Source: Chara braunii
Taxonomy: Eukaryota; Plantae; Charophyceae
Direction: 5' to 3'
Length of the DNA stretch: 64,000 nucleotides
Assembly: GCA_003427395.1 (NCBI GenBank)
Contig: BFEA01000021.1
Location: forward strand, 3,853,064 to 3,917,063
The notes below the pieces were generated by a model. The model made no database searches. It had not been told where the DNA came from and saw nothing but the letters and a program-made list of their open reading frames with translations. The translations under genes and the position numbers were made by a program. Of the stretch, positions 48,656 to 59,837 are shown one piece after another; the stretch's first letter is position 1; each line of letters starts with the position of its first letter.

Positions 48656-51030
48656 CCCATTTCATTCGCAATCTGCTTTCAGACAATCAACAACTGAAAC
48701 TGAGCTTGCACATGCATTCTTTTACTTCAATCTGACTTATGTCCTGAAAGTCAAAGTCAAGACCAAGTATAGGATTCATGCAATACACTCAGTCAAACGT
48801 AGAGAGATGTACAGGTAGGGGTTATAGTTGGGTTTATAGAGGGAGTCAAGGGATTACCACTCAGTTCCCTGCCTCCAGGACTCCGCCTGAGTCCCGGCAA
48901 AGCTCCCGCAATCGGTGGGGCAACCTCCCACAAAGTTCTTGGCGTGGGTTACAGTTCACACGCCCGCCTGCCGCCTTCCTCTCAGGGCCAAGGGACCAGA
49001 CTTAGAGGGGAGAGGCAGAAGAAGGGGGTTTAAGACTCTCAGATTCAGGGGGGGTTGCACTCAGACTCGCAGGAGAGGGCCTTCAAATCTTCAGCGCCTG
49101 AGGGCCCCACAATGGCAGCCAAAATTTTGCAACAGCTTGGTCAACTAGCAGACCACCCGCCGAAACCAGTTTCCTGACAAATCCCCTGGTCGCAGCAATA
49201 GTCCTCTCCGCCACCACTCCCCCAAACTACAGCAGCAATCTTTCTTGCAGCCCAACTCCTCCTCCTACACCACGCCTCCACCTCTCATAATGGCACTGTA
49301 ATCACACAATCTTAGACCAGCCGTATCTAGGATAGCACAGCAGCCCTCGACAAGGTCAGCAACCTGTTGTTGCAGCACAACAGTCAGATCAAACCGCAAA
49401 GCCCACAGCAGAGGCGACCGAAAATGTCGCAGCTTGGCAGTCCGCTTCTCTCTCTTCCCTTACCAACGAACAACACATTGAACATCGAACATGTCTTGTA
49501 ATCCAGTGGACTGCTGGCTCTTGCCTCTTCGATCCGCCAGCCGTCAGTCTGGCCCACCCTTCGTAGCCAGTCTGATGTGTACAGGCACCCGACGACGAGC
49601 TTAATAGAGCTCGACAAGATACCGCGCCCACTGTAATCAAGCCGCAACCCAAGAAAATACAGCACAGACTTAGGACAACGATAGCCCTTCCCTTCAACTG
49701 TGCGCAGTACCCCGACTTCAGACACGCGGCTAGCCGATGCCAGCCACAGACTCCCACTGCAGTAGCGGGAGCTCGTATAGCTGTTGCCTACGAAGTTGGC
49801 AACAGAAGTACACAAACCTTCAGTCAGGCCGGATGCAAATCTCGCCCGGCCCACAGAGCGTATCAGTAAGCCCGGAGCACCGCGCTCGGATCTCGTGTGG
49901 ATGGATAAATAGCCAAGTGAACACTAACTACGGCTACAGGGTCATTGTGGACGAGAAGACGACCACCCATGCAGCCCAGCTGAGCCCTTCGGTCATGCAC
50001 GGGGGCGTGGCCACTACGAACCAATCGGGACCGTAGCGTCGTCTGCAGGCGACACCACGACGACAGGAGTCATAATACCGAATGCGTGGCAAGTTTGTGA
50101 GCCCCTTCCTCCCACCTATGCCCCCCTTAGGACGAAACTCCTGCGATCTTACAGAGCCACATCCCACTCTTCAGTCGCTTGCTCAGGCGATAGAGAAAAG
50201 CAAGCTACTTCCCTCGATAGGAGGTGCGACGCGTCGGGCGACAGGTACTAAATCTCTAGCCCCGCAACTCACACCCCGCTACTATTGTCGAAAGGATGAG
50301 CAAAATCAAATGAATCTGCTACCAAATTATGGCCCGATACATGCCCACCCTCCTTTCCTCCTCAGCCTCCTCTCGTTTCCTTCTCTCCCTCTACCTCACG
50401 AGATCTCCCTTCGCCTCATCTCCTTCCTTTGAACGGGTGAACAAAAATCGGAGTGAATCTTCCGCTAGAGCACGGAAAGATACACTGCCAGTTCCGAGTT
50501 CGCCCCCCCCCGCGCGTTGTCCTTCTCCACTAACTTTCCCCTTACTAATCTTCGCTTCGATCTGACTCCAGATTCTCGTTCGCCATGATTCAAACCCCCG
50601 CCTACTACTCCCCCTCGTCCGTTTTCATTCAAGGTTCGGATGAGATCTCCGCTTTTCAACATCCCCCAGCCATAACCTCACGCTGCTCTCTTCTTTACTA
50701 TCTCTAGATCTATTACTCTACTGGTAGAACGGTCATGACCACCATGATCGCCCGGGCCCAGAACCCCAGATTCAACTTTTCTCCTGCCAAAAACCGACAG
50801 GGGATGAGGAAATTACGGCCTCACCCTCCCACCATGCTCGTTTCCCCGTCCTCTCTGTCGCTCCGATCTCCGAATGCACTTGGCTCAGCCGCCCCCCCCG
50901 AGTTCATCCCTCTTCCTCCTGCCTATTGACGTCAACTTTACAGACGTCCGCACATAGCGCAGCCGCTGGCAGCAGTCCAGCCCCGCAACAGCAGGTAGGA
51001 AAATGACGACGAACAAACGTCGTGCCCACG

Positions 51031-51120
51031 CCACTCTCCAATTTATGCATGTCGTCCTTGCACCGGGGCCACGCTAACCTCCTCTGTATCGCTCCTGTCC
51101 TAACGGATATCCCAAAGGAC
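51031..51120 (-). pseudogene. U6 snRNA-derived copy 1
   Basis: Reverse complement GTCCTTTGGGATATCCG...GATACAGAGGAGGTTAGCGTGGCCCCGGTGCAAGGACGACATGCATAAATT, versus plant U6 GTCCCTTCGGGGACATCCG...GATACAGAGAAGATTAGCATGGCCCCTGCGCAAGGATGACACGCATAAAT. Confidence 0.9.
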
Positions 51121-51221
51121 TTAGCCCTTCAGAGCGCGGTCGGCCTTAAGTACCACCCGGTCTTGACAAAACTCCGCACCAATCTGGTCTCCCATCGAGG
51201 CTGGGTTGAGTAAGTGCCCCT

Positions 51222-51315
51222 CCCCCTTTTCCCAAATCCTGTGTGTCGTCCATACACAGGGGCCATGCTGATCTCCTCTGTGCCACTCCTAACTTCACGC
51301 GCGCCCCCAGAGGCC
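51222..51315 (-). pseudogene. U6 snRNA-derived copy 2
   Basis: Reverse complement ...GCACAGAGGAGATCAGCATGGCCCCTGTGTATGGACGACACAC. Confidence 0.85.
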
Positions 51316-51395
51316 ACGTCCGACGATCCTTCACGATTCTCCGAAAAGACTGCCCGGCCCTCCTCCTAGCTCGGTTCGCGCTCGGATTCATCCCC

Positions 51396-51477
51396 GGACC
51401 CCTTTAGCATCTGTCACCCCCACGTGGGGACCATGCAGTCTTCGCGATATAGCCAGATCTTCCCCTTTCGAAAGGAT
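51396..51477 (-). pseudogene. U6 snRNA-derived copy 3 (highly diverged)
   Basis: Reverse complement ATCCTTTCG...CGAAGACTGCATGGTCCCCACGTGGGGGTGACA; sits in register with the array. Confidence 0.5.
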
Positions 51478-51495
51478 CCTTCCCCGCATGGCCCT

Positions 51496-51594
51496 GGCCC
51501 CTTTCTCGGCTTTATGCATGCGACCCTTGTGCAGGGGCCGCGCAAATCCCCTCCCTTGTGTTATTCCGATCTTCCAACAGGTGTCCCGAAGGAC
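51496..51594 (-). pseudogene. U6 snRNA-derived copy 4
   Basis: Reverse complement GTCCTTCGGGACACC...GATTTGCGCGGCCCCTGCACAAGGGTCGCATGCATAAAGCCGAGAAAG. Confidence 0.82.
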
Positions 51595-51694
51595 TCGGGG
51601 CCACGCTGGCGCTCCTCGGCCACCCCAGCAACCACCGTCGGTCGGGTCCATCCACGGCCCCCCCCCTTTTTCGTAGGTACCCGGCACGGTCTGC

Positions 51695-51773
51695 GTCCGG
51701 GTTCACTTCGAACATATACAGGGGCCAACCAAATCTTCTCCGCGTCGCGACCTTGGACGGACCCCCGAAGGAC
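51695..51773 (-). pseudogene. U6 snRNA-derived copy 5
   Basis: Reverse complement GTCCTTCGGGGGTCCG...GGAGAAGATTTGGTTGGCCCCTGT. Confidence 0.68.
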
Positions 51774-51840
51774 TACGCCCGGGCTGGTGCCCGACGCCAT
51801 ACCGCCTCCTTTTTGGGCACGTGCCCGGTCTGCCTCATGT

Positions 51841-51935
51841 CCAGGTTCTCCCCAGGCGCTCGCGCCCCGTCCTTACGCAGAGGCCGGGCAGGTCACCTCG
51901 GTACTGGTCCGACTCCAACCGATGTCCCAGAGGAC
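51841..51935 (-). pseudogene. U6 snRNA-derived copy 6 (5' half also present at 25227-25278 in the other LTR)
   Basis: Reverse complement GTCCTCTGGGACATCGG...TACCGAGGTGACCTGCCCGGCCTCTGCGTAAGGACG. Confidence 0.7.
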
Positions 51936-52834
51936 CCAGCCTGGCCGCGGAGGCTGCCGGCCCCTATGCAAGTCAGACTGCCTGGCTTCACCCACCGGTT
52001 CCGCCATCAAGCGCGGCTCGCTTTTCAATGGCTCATGGAGGTACCCACCCCGGTTCCGCGCATGCATACGGGCGCAAAAAACAAAGAAAATAAATAAATA
52101 CTAGTAACAAAAATTTTGAAAACAAATAAATTATACACGGATAGATACATAAAACCCCACAGAGTGTGCGGCGATCGGACGGAAACCGCGGCCCCCAAGA
52201 TTGCAAAAGGCGAGGGGGATAGTCCCAAAGGCCCATCAACCCCTCAAGCCTTTCCGCCGCGCTCCTCCGCTCCCTTACCGCACGCTGTTAGCCTCGATCC
52301 TTGCACCTCCGCCGCAATAGTCCAATGCCGTAACCGATAGGGCTAAGCCCAAGCCTGGTACCAGCCGGCGCGGCCTCCCATATAAGGTGGTACCCCGCGG
52401 TGCTCCGGGCCAAAATACCGCTTCGGTTGTCGTTTCACCCCACATTTGTACCTGCGGCCCCTAGGTGCCTGTGCCGGGCCACCGCCCCACGCTGTGGCCA
52501 TCCCGTGTGCCTACCAGCACGCCAATCCTACCGTCGGTCACGCGTGCCGACCAAAAATGGACTCTCGGCCCCTAACCAATCCCGTGGCTTGGTACGGGCC
52601 GTACCACGATCCGGGTCGGTCGGCTACCCCGGCCGCCTGCTCAATCAGAAAAATCACACGCGCGCCCTAAAATTGCGCGCCCACGTGCTCCCTACCGGGA
52701 CAAGGCAGACCTTTGCCTATGTGCGGGCGACCCTCTCATTTCCCTCACGGGCACTTGGAATCCAGGTTGACCGAGTCTTTCTGTCACTTGCAAAAACCAG
52801 GGCGGATACCCTTGTAAGGGTATTCGCGCTGACA

Positions 52835-55120
52835 GTGGGGGCCATAGGGTGGAGGGCGGTTCTTTCAGGGTTTAATGACATTCACTTTTTCAGGATCGTT
52901 CACATTGTTCAGGATGCCAAAACGACACAACACTAGAGAATAAAGGTCGGAACGGGCGCGCCTTTCCGACTTCCGAAGGCATTCACCCCTTAAGGATCGT
53001 TCAGGATCTTCAGCGCTTAACAGTGGGAGCCATAGGGTGGGGGGGGGGTGCTTTCAGGCCTTCAGGGCATTCACCCCTTCCGGATGGTTCACGAAAAAAA
53101 AAAAACATCATGAAGACTATGAACAATCCTGAACGGGTGAATCCGCTCAACGGTGTGAAAGCAACCCCCCCTTTGACTCTCACTATCATGAAGGGGTGAA
53201 GGCTTTGAAAGCCCTTGCACCTCCATTCGACTCCCTTCTTTCAGACCACCGAAGGCATTCACCTCTTCAGGATCGTTCAGGATCCTCAGCGCTTAACAGT
53301 GGCAGCCATAGGGTCGGGGGGGGGCTTTCAGGCCTTCAGGGCATTCACCTCTTCAGGATCATTCAGGATCCTCAGCGCTCAACAGTGGGAGCCATTGNNN
53401 NNNNNNNNNNNNNNNNNNNNNNNNNNNNNNNNNNNNNNNNNNNNNNNNNNNNNNNNNNNNNNNNNNNNNNNNNNNNNNNNNNNNNNNNNNNNNNNNNNNN
53501 NNNNNNNNNNNNNNNNNNNNNNNNNNNNNNNNNNNNNNNNNNNNNNNNNNNNNNNNNNNNNNNNNNNNNNNNNNNNNNNNNNNNNNNNNNNNNNNNNNNN
53601 NNNNNNNNNNNNNNNNNNNNNNNNNNNNNNNNNNNNNNNNNNNNNNNNNNNNNNNNNNNNNNNNNNNNNNNNNNNNNNNNNNNNNNNNNNNNNNNNNNNN
53701 NNNNNNNNNNNNNNNNNNNNNNNNNNNNNNNNNNNNNNNNNNNNNNNNNNNNNNNNNNNNNNNNNNNNNNNNNNNNNNNNNNNNNNNNNNNNNNNNNNNN
53801 NNNNNNNNNNNNNNNNNNNNNNNNNNNNNNNNNNNNNNNNNNNNNNNNNNNNNNNNNNNNNNNNNNNNNNNNNNNNNNNNNNNNNNNNNNNNNNNNNNNN
53901 NNNNNNNNNNNNNNNNNNNNNNNNNNNNNNNNNNNNNNNNNNNNNNNNNNNNNNNNNNNNNNNNNNNNNNNNNNNNNNNNNNNNNNNNNNNNNNNNNNNN
54001 NNNNNNNNNNNNNNNNNNNNNNNNNNNNNNNNNNNNNNNNNNNNNNNNNNNNNNNNNNNNNNNNNNNNNNNNNNNNNNNNNNNNNNNNNNNNNNNNNNNN
54101 NNNNNNNNNNNNNNNNNNNNNNNNNNNNNNNNNNNNNNNNNNNNNNNNNNNNNNNNNNNNNNNNNNNNNNNNNNNNNNNNNNNNNNNNNNNNNNNNNNNN
54201 NNNNNNNNNNNNNNNNNNNNNNNNNNNNNNNNNNNNNNNNNNNNNNNNNNNNNNNNNNNNNNNNNNNNNNNNNNNNNNNNNNNNNNNNNNNNNNNNNNNN
54301 NNNNNNNNNNNNNNNNNNNNNNNNNNNNNNNNNNNNNNNNNNNNNNNNNNNNNNNNNNNNNNNNNNNNNNNNNNNNNNNNNNNATGAACAATCCTGAAGG
54401 GGTGAATGCCCTGAACGGCCTAAAAGCAACCCCCCCCTTTGACTCTCACTATCATGAAGGGGTGAAGGCCTTGAAAGCCCTCGCACCTCCATTCGAGTCC
54501 CTGCTTTTCAGGCCTTGAAGACATTCACCCCTTCAGGATAGTTCAGGATCCTCAAGGTTAACAGTTGGGGTCATAGGGTGGGGGGGGGTTCTTTCAGGCC
54601 TTCAGGGCATTCACCCCTTCATGATCGTTCACATTGTTCAGGATGCCAAGACGACACAACACTAGAGAACAAAGGTGGGAACCCGCTTCTTTCAGGCCTC
54701 CGAAGGCATTCACCCCTTTACGATCGTTCAGGATCCTCAACGCTTAATAGTGGGAGCCATAAGGTTGGGGGGGGGGGTGCTTTCAGGCCTTCAGGGCATT
54801 CACCTCTTCAGGATGGTTTACGAAAAAAAAAAAAAAAACAGAAACAAAAAAAAACCATCATGAAGACTACGAACAATCCTGAAGGGGTGAATACCCTGAA
54901 CGGCTTGAAAACAAACCCCCCTTTGGCTTGCACTATCATGAAGGAGTGAAGGTCTTGAAAGTTCTCGCACCTCCATTCGACTCCCTGCTTCAGACCTCCA
55001 AAGACATTCACCTCTTCAGGATCGTTCAGTATCTTCAGCGCTTAACAGTGGGAGCCATAGGGTAGGGGGGGGGGTGCTTTCAGGCCTTCAGTGCATTCAC
55101 CCCTTCAGGATGGTTCACGG

Positions 55121-55151
<31 letters not shown>

Positions 55152-56050
55152 ATCATGAAGACTATGACCAATCCTAAAGAGTTGTATGCCCTGAACGATC
55201 TGAAAGCAACCCTCCCTTTGACTCTCACTATCATGAAGGGGTGAAGGCCTTGAAAGCCATCGCACCTCCATTGACTCCCTGCTTTCAGACCACCGAAGAC
55301 ATTCATCTCTTCAGGATCGTTCACGATCCTCAGCGCTTAACAGTGGGAGCTATAGGGTGGCGAGGGAGTGATTTCAGGCCTTCAGGGCATTAACCCCTTC
55401 AGCATGTTTCACGAAAGAAAAAAAAATCATGAAGACTATGAACAATCCTGAAGGGGTGAATGCCCAGAACGGCCTGAAAGTAACCCTCCCTTTGGCTCTC
55501 ACTATCATGAAGGGGTGGAGGTCTTGAAAGCCCTCGCACCTCCATTCGACTCCCTGCTTTCAGACCATCAAAGGCATTCACATCTTCAGGATCATTCAGG
55601 ATCCTCAACGCTTAACAGTGGGAGTCATACGGACGGGGGAGGGATGTTTTCAGGGCTTCAGGGCATTCACCCCTTCAGGATGGTGCACGAAAAAGAAAAA
55701 AANNNNNNNNNNNNNNNNNNNNNNNNNNNNNNNNNNNNNNNNNNNNNNNNNNNNNNNNNNNNNNNNNNNNNNNNNNNNNNNNNNNNNNNNNNNNNNNNNN
55801 NNNNNNNNNNNNNNNNNNNNNNNNNNNNNNNNNNNNNNNNNNNNNNNNNNNNNNNNNNNNNNNNNNNNNNNNNNNNNNCCATCATGAAGACTATGAACAA
55901 TCCTGAAGGGGTGAATGCCCTGAACGACATTCACCTCTTTAGGATCGTTCAGGATCTTCAGCGCTGGGGGGAGTGCTTTCAGGCCTTCAGGGTATTAACC
56001 CCTTCAGGATGGTTCACGAAAAAAAAAAAAAAAAAAAAAAAAAATTCACC
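52835..56050. repeat. Satellite, ~300-350 bp units with an internal inverted repeat around a poly(A) tract; two N gaps
   Basis: Repeated GGCATTCACCCCTTCAGGAT and its complement ATCCTGAAGGGGTGAATGCC; GCTTAACAGTGGGAGCCATAGGG; 52835-52950 recurs at 54563-54680. Confidence 0.9.
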
Positions 56051-56535
56051 ATGAACAACATCTTGCACCCCAAGCTTTCACAATTGCAAGTTATGATTCA
56101 TCACGTTTAAACATGAATTCAAACCCGAAAGGCCACTTAATTTTTTCCACTTTCAGAATGTTCATATGTGAATATTCATCTATGTGATAACCACTTGTGC
56201 TTAGCTTACGAGCGAAAAACTCGTGCAACATAAGTTGCAGAAAATGCTAGTTTAGGTACAAAATTAACCAACACTAGACTATTGTTCTAAATTTTTTCCA
56301 AAAAATAAACGACACGCCAAACCTATAAAGCTTAAAAATCAAATCATTTTGAGGAAAATAAGCAAAAAAAAAAAAGTGGGAAGAGACATAATTTACCCTG
56401 ATCACCCCGGCAGCCGAGCCCCGAGAATCACCAAACCAAGCCCAGACAAGGTCACTCAAACCACCTACCCTAAATCCCTACTGTATCATACTTTCAACCC
56501 TTACAGTGCACAAACGGTTATCGGGCAGCTGAAAA

Positions 56536-56950
56536 TTCAGGAATGAAAATTCTGAAGTGAGAGTTTTTGGCAGTCTGAAAATCCTGAATGGTCCTGAAGT
56601 GGTGAAACGTCCGAAGACCCTGAAAACCATCTGTTCAGGCAGGCTGCGTCCTGAAGTGGTGAAGGGTGTCCTGAAGTGGTGAAATGAGAGTTTTGAGCAG
56701 TTTTAAAATCCTGAATGGTCCTGAAGTGGTGAAAGGTCCGAAGACCATGAAAACCACCCTTCACCACTTGAGGATGCAGTCTGCCTAAACAGGTGGTTTT
56801 CAGGGTCTTCGGAACTTTCACCACTTCAGGACCATTCAAGATTTTCAGACCTGAATGGTCCTGAAGCGATGAAAGGTCCGAAGACCTTGAAAACCACCTG
56901 TTTAGGCAGGTTGCATCCTGAAGTGGTAAAAGATGTTCTGAAGTGGTGAT
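56536..56950. repeat. Direct and inverted CCTGAAGTGGTGAA repeats related to the satellite core
   Basis: About 8 copies in both orientations. Confidence 0.75.
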
Positions 56951-58261
56951 GAAAAATACAACTGTTGTTAACCTTCTCTCTTACAGTTGTTGTCTAATAC
57001 GACAATAGATCTCCAAATGGAGGACCTAACTCTACTGACTTGGCACCTCCTCCACTTTCTTTCACTTTGTCTTCCTACTGTGGATGCACGAACCAAGTAT
57101 CCCGGTTCCTAAACTAGCCTACGTTTCCCATAACCACTTATCCAGGATAATTAGTCTCATTAAATATTTGAAAAATTATATGATTTCCTTGTTGGACATG
57201 TCTCTGTTATGAAAAATTTGCAAATTGCGTTCCTTCCAAATGACTTCACACCCCACCGCCCCAACAGACTGTGCTCTGTAACCCCGACCTTTCTACTTCA
57301 AATCGAAGTTATCTGACAAACCCCCCAAGAAGATTTACAGTCGATTCCAAGGCACGTAGTGGATCGTTCACCGGGGGGTGATCTGCCGATTCGGTGGAGA
57401 CGGTCCGACTTCTGGGATTGCAGCCTTGTGCTCGAGTGAGGAGGAGTATCCCAAAACACTTCCTAGAGGAAGAGACATCCAACACTTCAAGTAATGCACC
57501 CGATCAAGAATCATCCGCAAAGCAGTCTGTCATCTAAAAATATTAGAAATGTATGGAGAAATGTGTGTGCATGTCTGGTCTTAGGTCGACAGTAGATAGG
57601 CCGCAAAAGGGAACTTTGACAGATCATCTCATCAAGTTAAAAACCTATCAGGGTCAGCTTCCACGTCGGTTTGAATTTCTTTCTGACCTGGTTTGAAATG
57701 ATTTTGTGCCATTGGATATAAAATGTATTGATTTTATTTGTTTTGTCTATAAAGAGTTGTAAAGGGACTAGAATCGATTATGGTTTTCACACTTGGTTGG
57801 GACCGTCCTAGTCGGTCGACATTTGTTTCGTACCTAGGAGATCAACGCTCTAAGGAACGGATGACGTTCGGGTTCACTTGGCGTTTAACCACGTGTGCCT
57901 ATACTGCAGCGAGCGAGCAAACGCCCTCGGCTGGTCTACCTCTGCGACTGCATGTAAAAACTTTCGCATGTGAATCAATAGCTCGGTAGGGATACACCTC
58001 TAAGGGTGATAAAAATTCCTTAGGGAAGGCAAGTTGTGCCTCGCGGAAACCTATCTTTTGGTAGGGGATCACGAGAAGTACGGTTGGCGCACACGGCTAG
58101 AGTGGTAAAGGGACGACGCGACCACCATCATCTTGGTGGTTCACATGATTATCTATGCGTGGTCTCTATGTTGTCTCTTGGTCGTATAGATATACATATA
58201 TAGATAGTTAAGTATAAAAAAAAAAAATTTAGTTCTCATTAAGTGTGTGTGGCCTCATACT

Positions 58262-58555
58262 AAACCATCCATCTTAGAAACAATGTTTAGTTTTTTTACC
58301 CGAACTTTCCGCAGAAGAAACACCCAAAGAGTTGAACCATTAATCTTAGAAACAATGTTCAACCTTTTCTTTTCAATATAAAAAAACAGAGTACTCTGGG
58401 TCATTCACCTTAGAAACAGTGGCCAAAGCGTTTTCATAAACCACCCAACAATAAACAGCGGCCAGACCATTCATCCTAGAAACAATACTTGACCCTTCAT
58501 AAAACATAACAAAATAAAAATATTATTCAATTCATCTTAAAATCAATGTTTCACC
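58262..58555. repeat. Five degenerate ~65-70 bp tandem units (CATCTTAGAAACAATGTT)
   Basis: Copies near 58264, 58336, 58401, 58467 and 58529. Confidence 0.7.
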
Positions 58556-59837
58556 CTTTAAGACTCAACCAAATGCATGCAAAACCACCTTCCTCTCACC
58601 TTCCCCCAATTCACCCCTCTTAGTCCAAATTCAAACAACAGAAAATAATAGATAAACGCATGCGCTTCCTTTACTTAATATGGACTACATCCTGAACAAG
58701 AAACAAATGTCCATCAGAATGCATGCATACATATCACTGAGACTAGAGAGATGTAGAAATATGGGCTTCAACAGGTACTCACAGGAAAAGGAAAGTTATA
58801 TTTGAAGTTTTCATGCCTCCAACAGAAAAATTGTGAAAAATTTTCATCAAGTTTTCAACTTGCTCACAAGTTGGAACCAACATTGGAATTACGTGAACTG
58901 ATGCGGCCAATCGTTTAGGAGGGTCGGGTCCAGGTTTCCAACCGTTTACCAACACGCGGCCTACATGTTTTCAACATGTAATCAACGTTGGTCCAACATG
59001 TTTCCAACATGTGTATGTTGGAAAATTTTTGGTCTTAAGTTCCCCGCATTGTAGTTCATTACTGCGTGGAAACGGCGGCGCTAACGACCTGTTTTCACCT
59101 TATTGTGGCCCGCAGTAGTGAATCGTGATGTTTTCACGGACACATTGATGTTGTGCGCGGGGTTGAGAACATGGATTGGTGAGATATATAACGAGACCGT
59201 GGGATTGGTAGAAAAAAAAAAAGCCTGAGTGTGTCAGACTGTCGCATCGGACTTTCACCGACTCATTAGGGGTTGTGTGTCTGTGTGTTTGTGTTTGTGT
59301 TTGTGTGTTTGTGTGTTTGTGTGTGTGTGTGTGTGTCGGTGTTACGGACTCAGCCAGGGCTCGATCCCTGGTCTGCCGGATACTACTTGCCAGCCTGCTA
59401 TTTTATTTTATTTTTCTTATTTTCCTGCTCTTCGGTTTCTGCCTGTTGGCGCCCTTTGCAGTTGGCACCCGTTTTCAAATCCCTCCTTTTGGCACTTTCG
59501 GATTTCGACACTTGGCGCCATCCGACATTCTGGCACCCAGACTCAAACCTGCTCAATCCAGTCCTGAGGCAATTGCACTTCCGCCCTCCAGACTGAACTT
59601 GAGTCCGGTACTTAAGCGTGGACTCAAGCCCAGTCGGGCATTGAGTTCTCCGGCCTCATTATTTGCTGCAGTGTGACTTGCTTCGACATTGTGTTCGGGA
59701 ATCCAAGACTTCAACTTTGAGACTTTGTCACTTCGTGTTTGCGTCCGTCGAATCGCGTTGAGTCCGTGTCGAGTGGAGTGAGCGTGTGTGTGTTCTCTCA
59801 CTCTCCCTCTCTCTTTGTCGGCCTCCTTGCGCCACGT

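Larger units (their letters stand above)
25227..52834 (-). mobile_element. Ty3/gypsy LTR retrotransposon B (gag-PR, RT-RH-IN, ORF3), decayed; 3' LTR interrupted by A, pol interrupted by hAT
   Basis: Direct repeat 25227-26177 = 51884-52834 (951 bp, constant offset); PBS at 45329-45347; gypsy domain order. Confidence 0.9.
45350..52834 (-). repeat. Element B 5' LTR (~7.5 kb)
   Basis: TGTCGAGCGC...GCGCTGACA inverted termini; adjacent PBS; last 951 bp duplicated at 25227-26177. Confidence 0.75.

Noticed and set aside
53196-54518. Long ORFs spanning N runs (also 21885-22536 and 55515-56054)
   Set aside because: Artefacts of ambiguous bases.
57000-57550. Possible decayed coding sequence
   Set aside because: No ORF or recognisable motif could be supported by eye.
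59340-59837. TGTTACGG... possible start of another LTR interrupted by C
   Set aside because: No partner repeat, PBS or coding evidence in the window.
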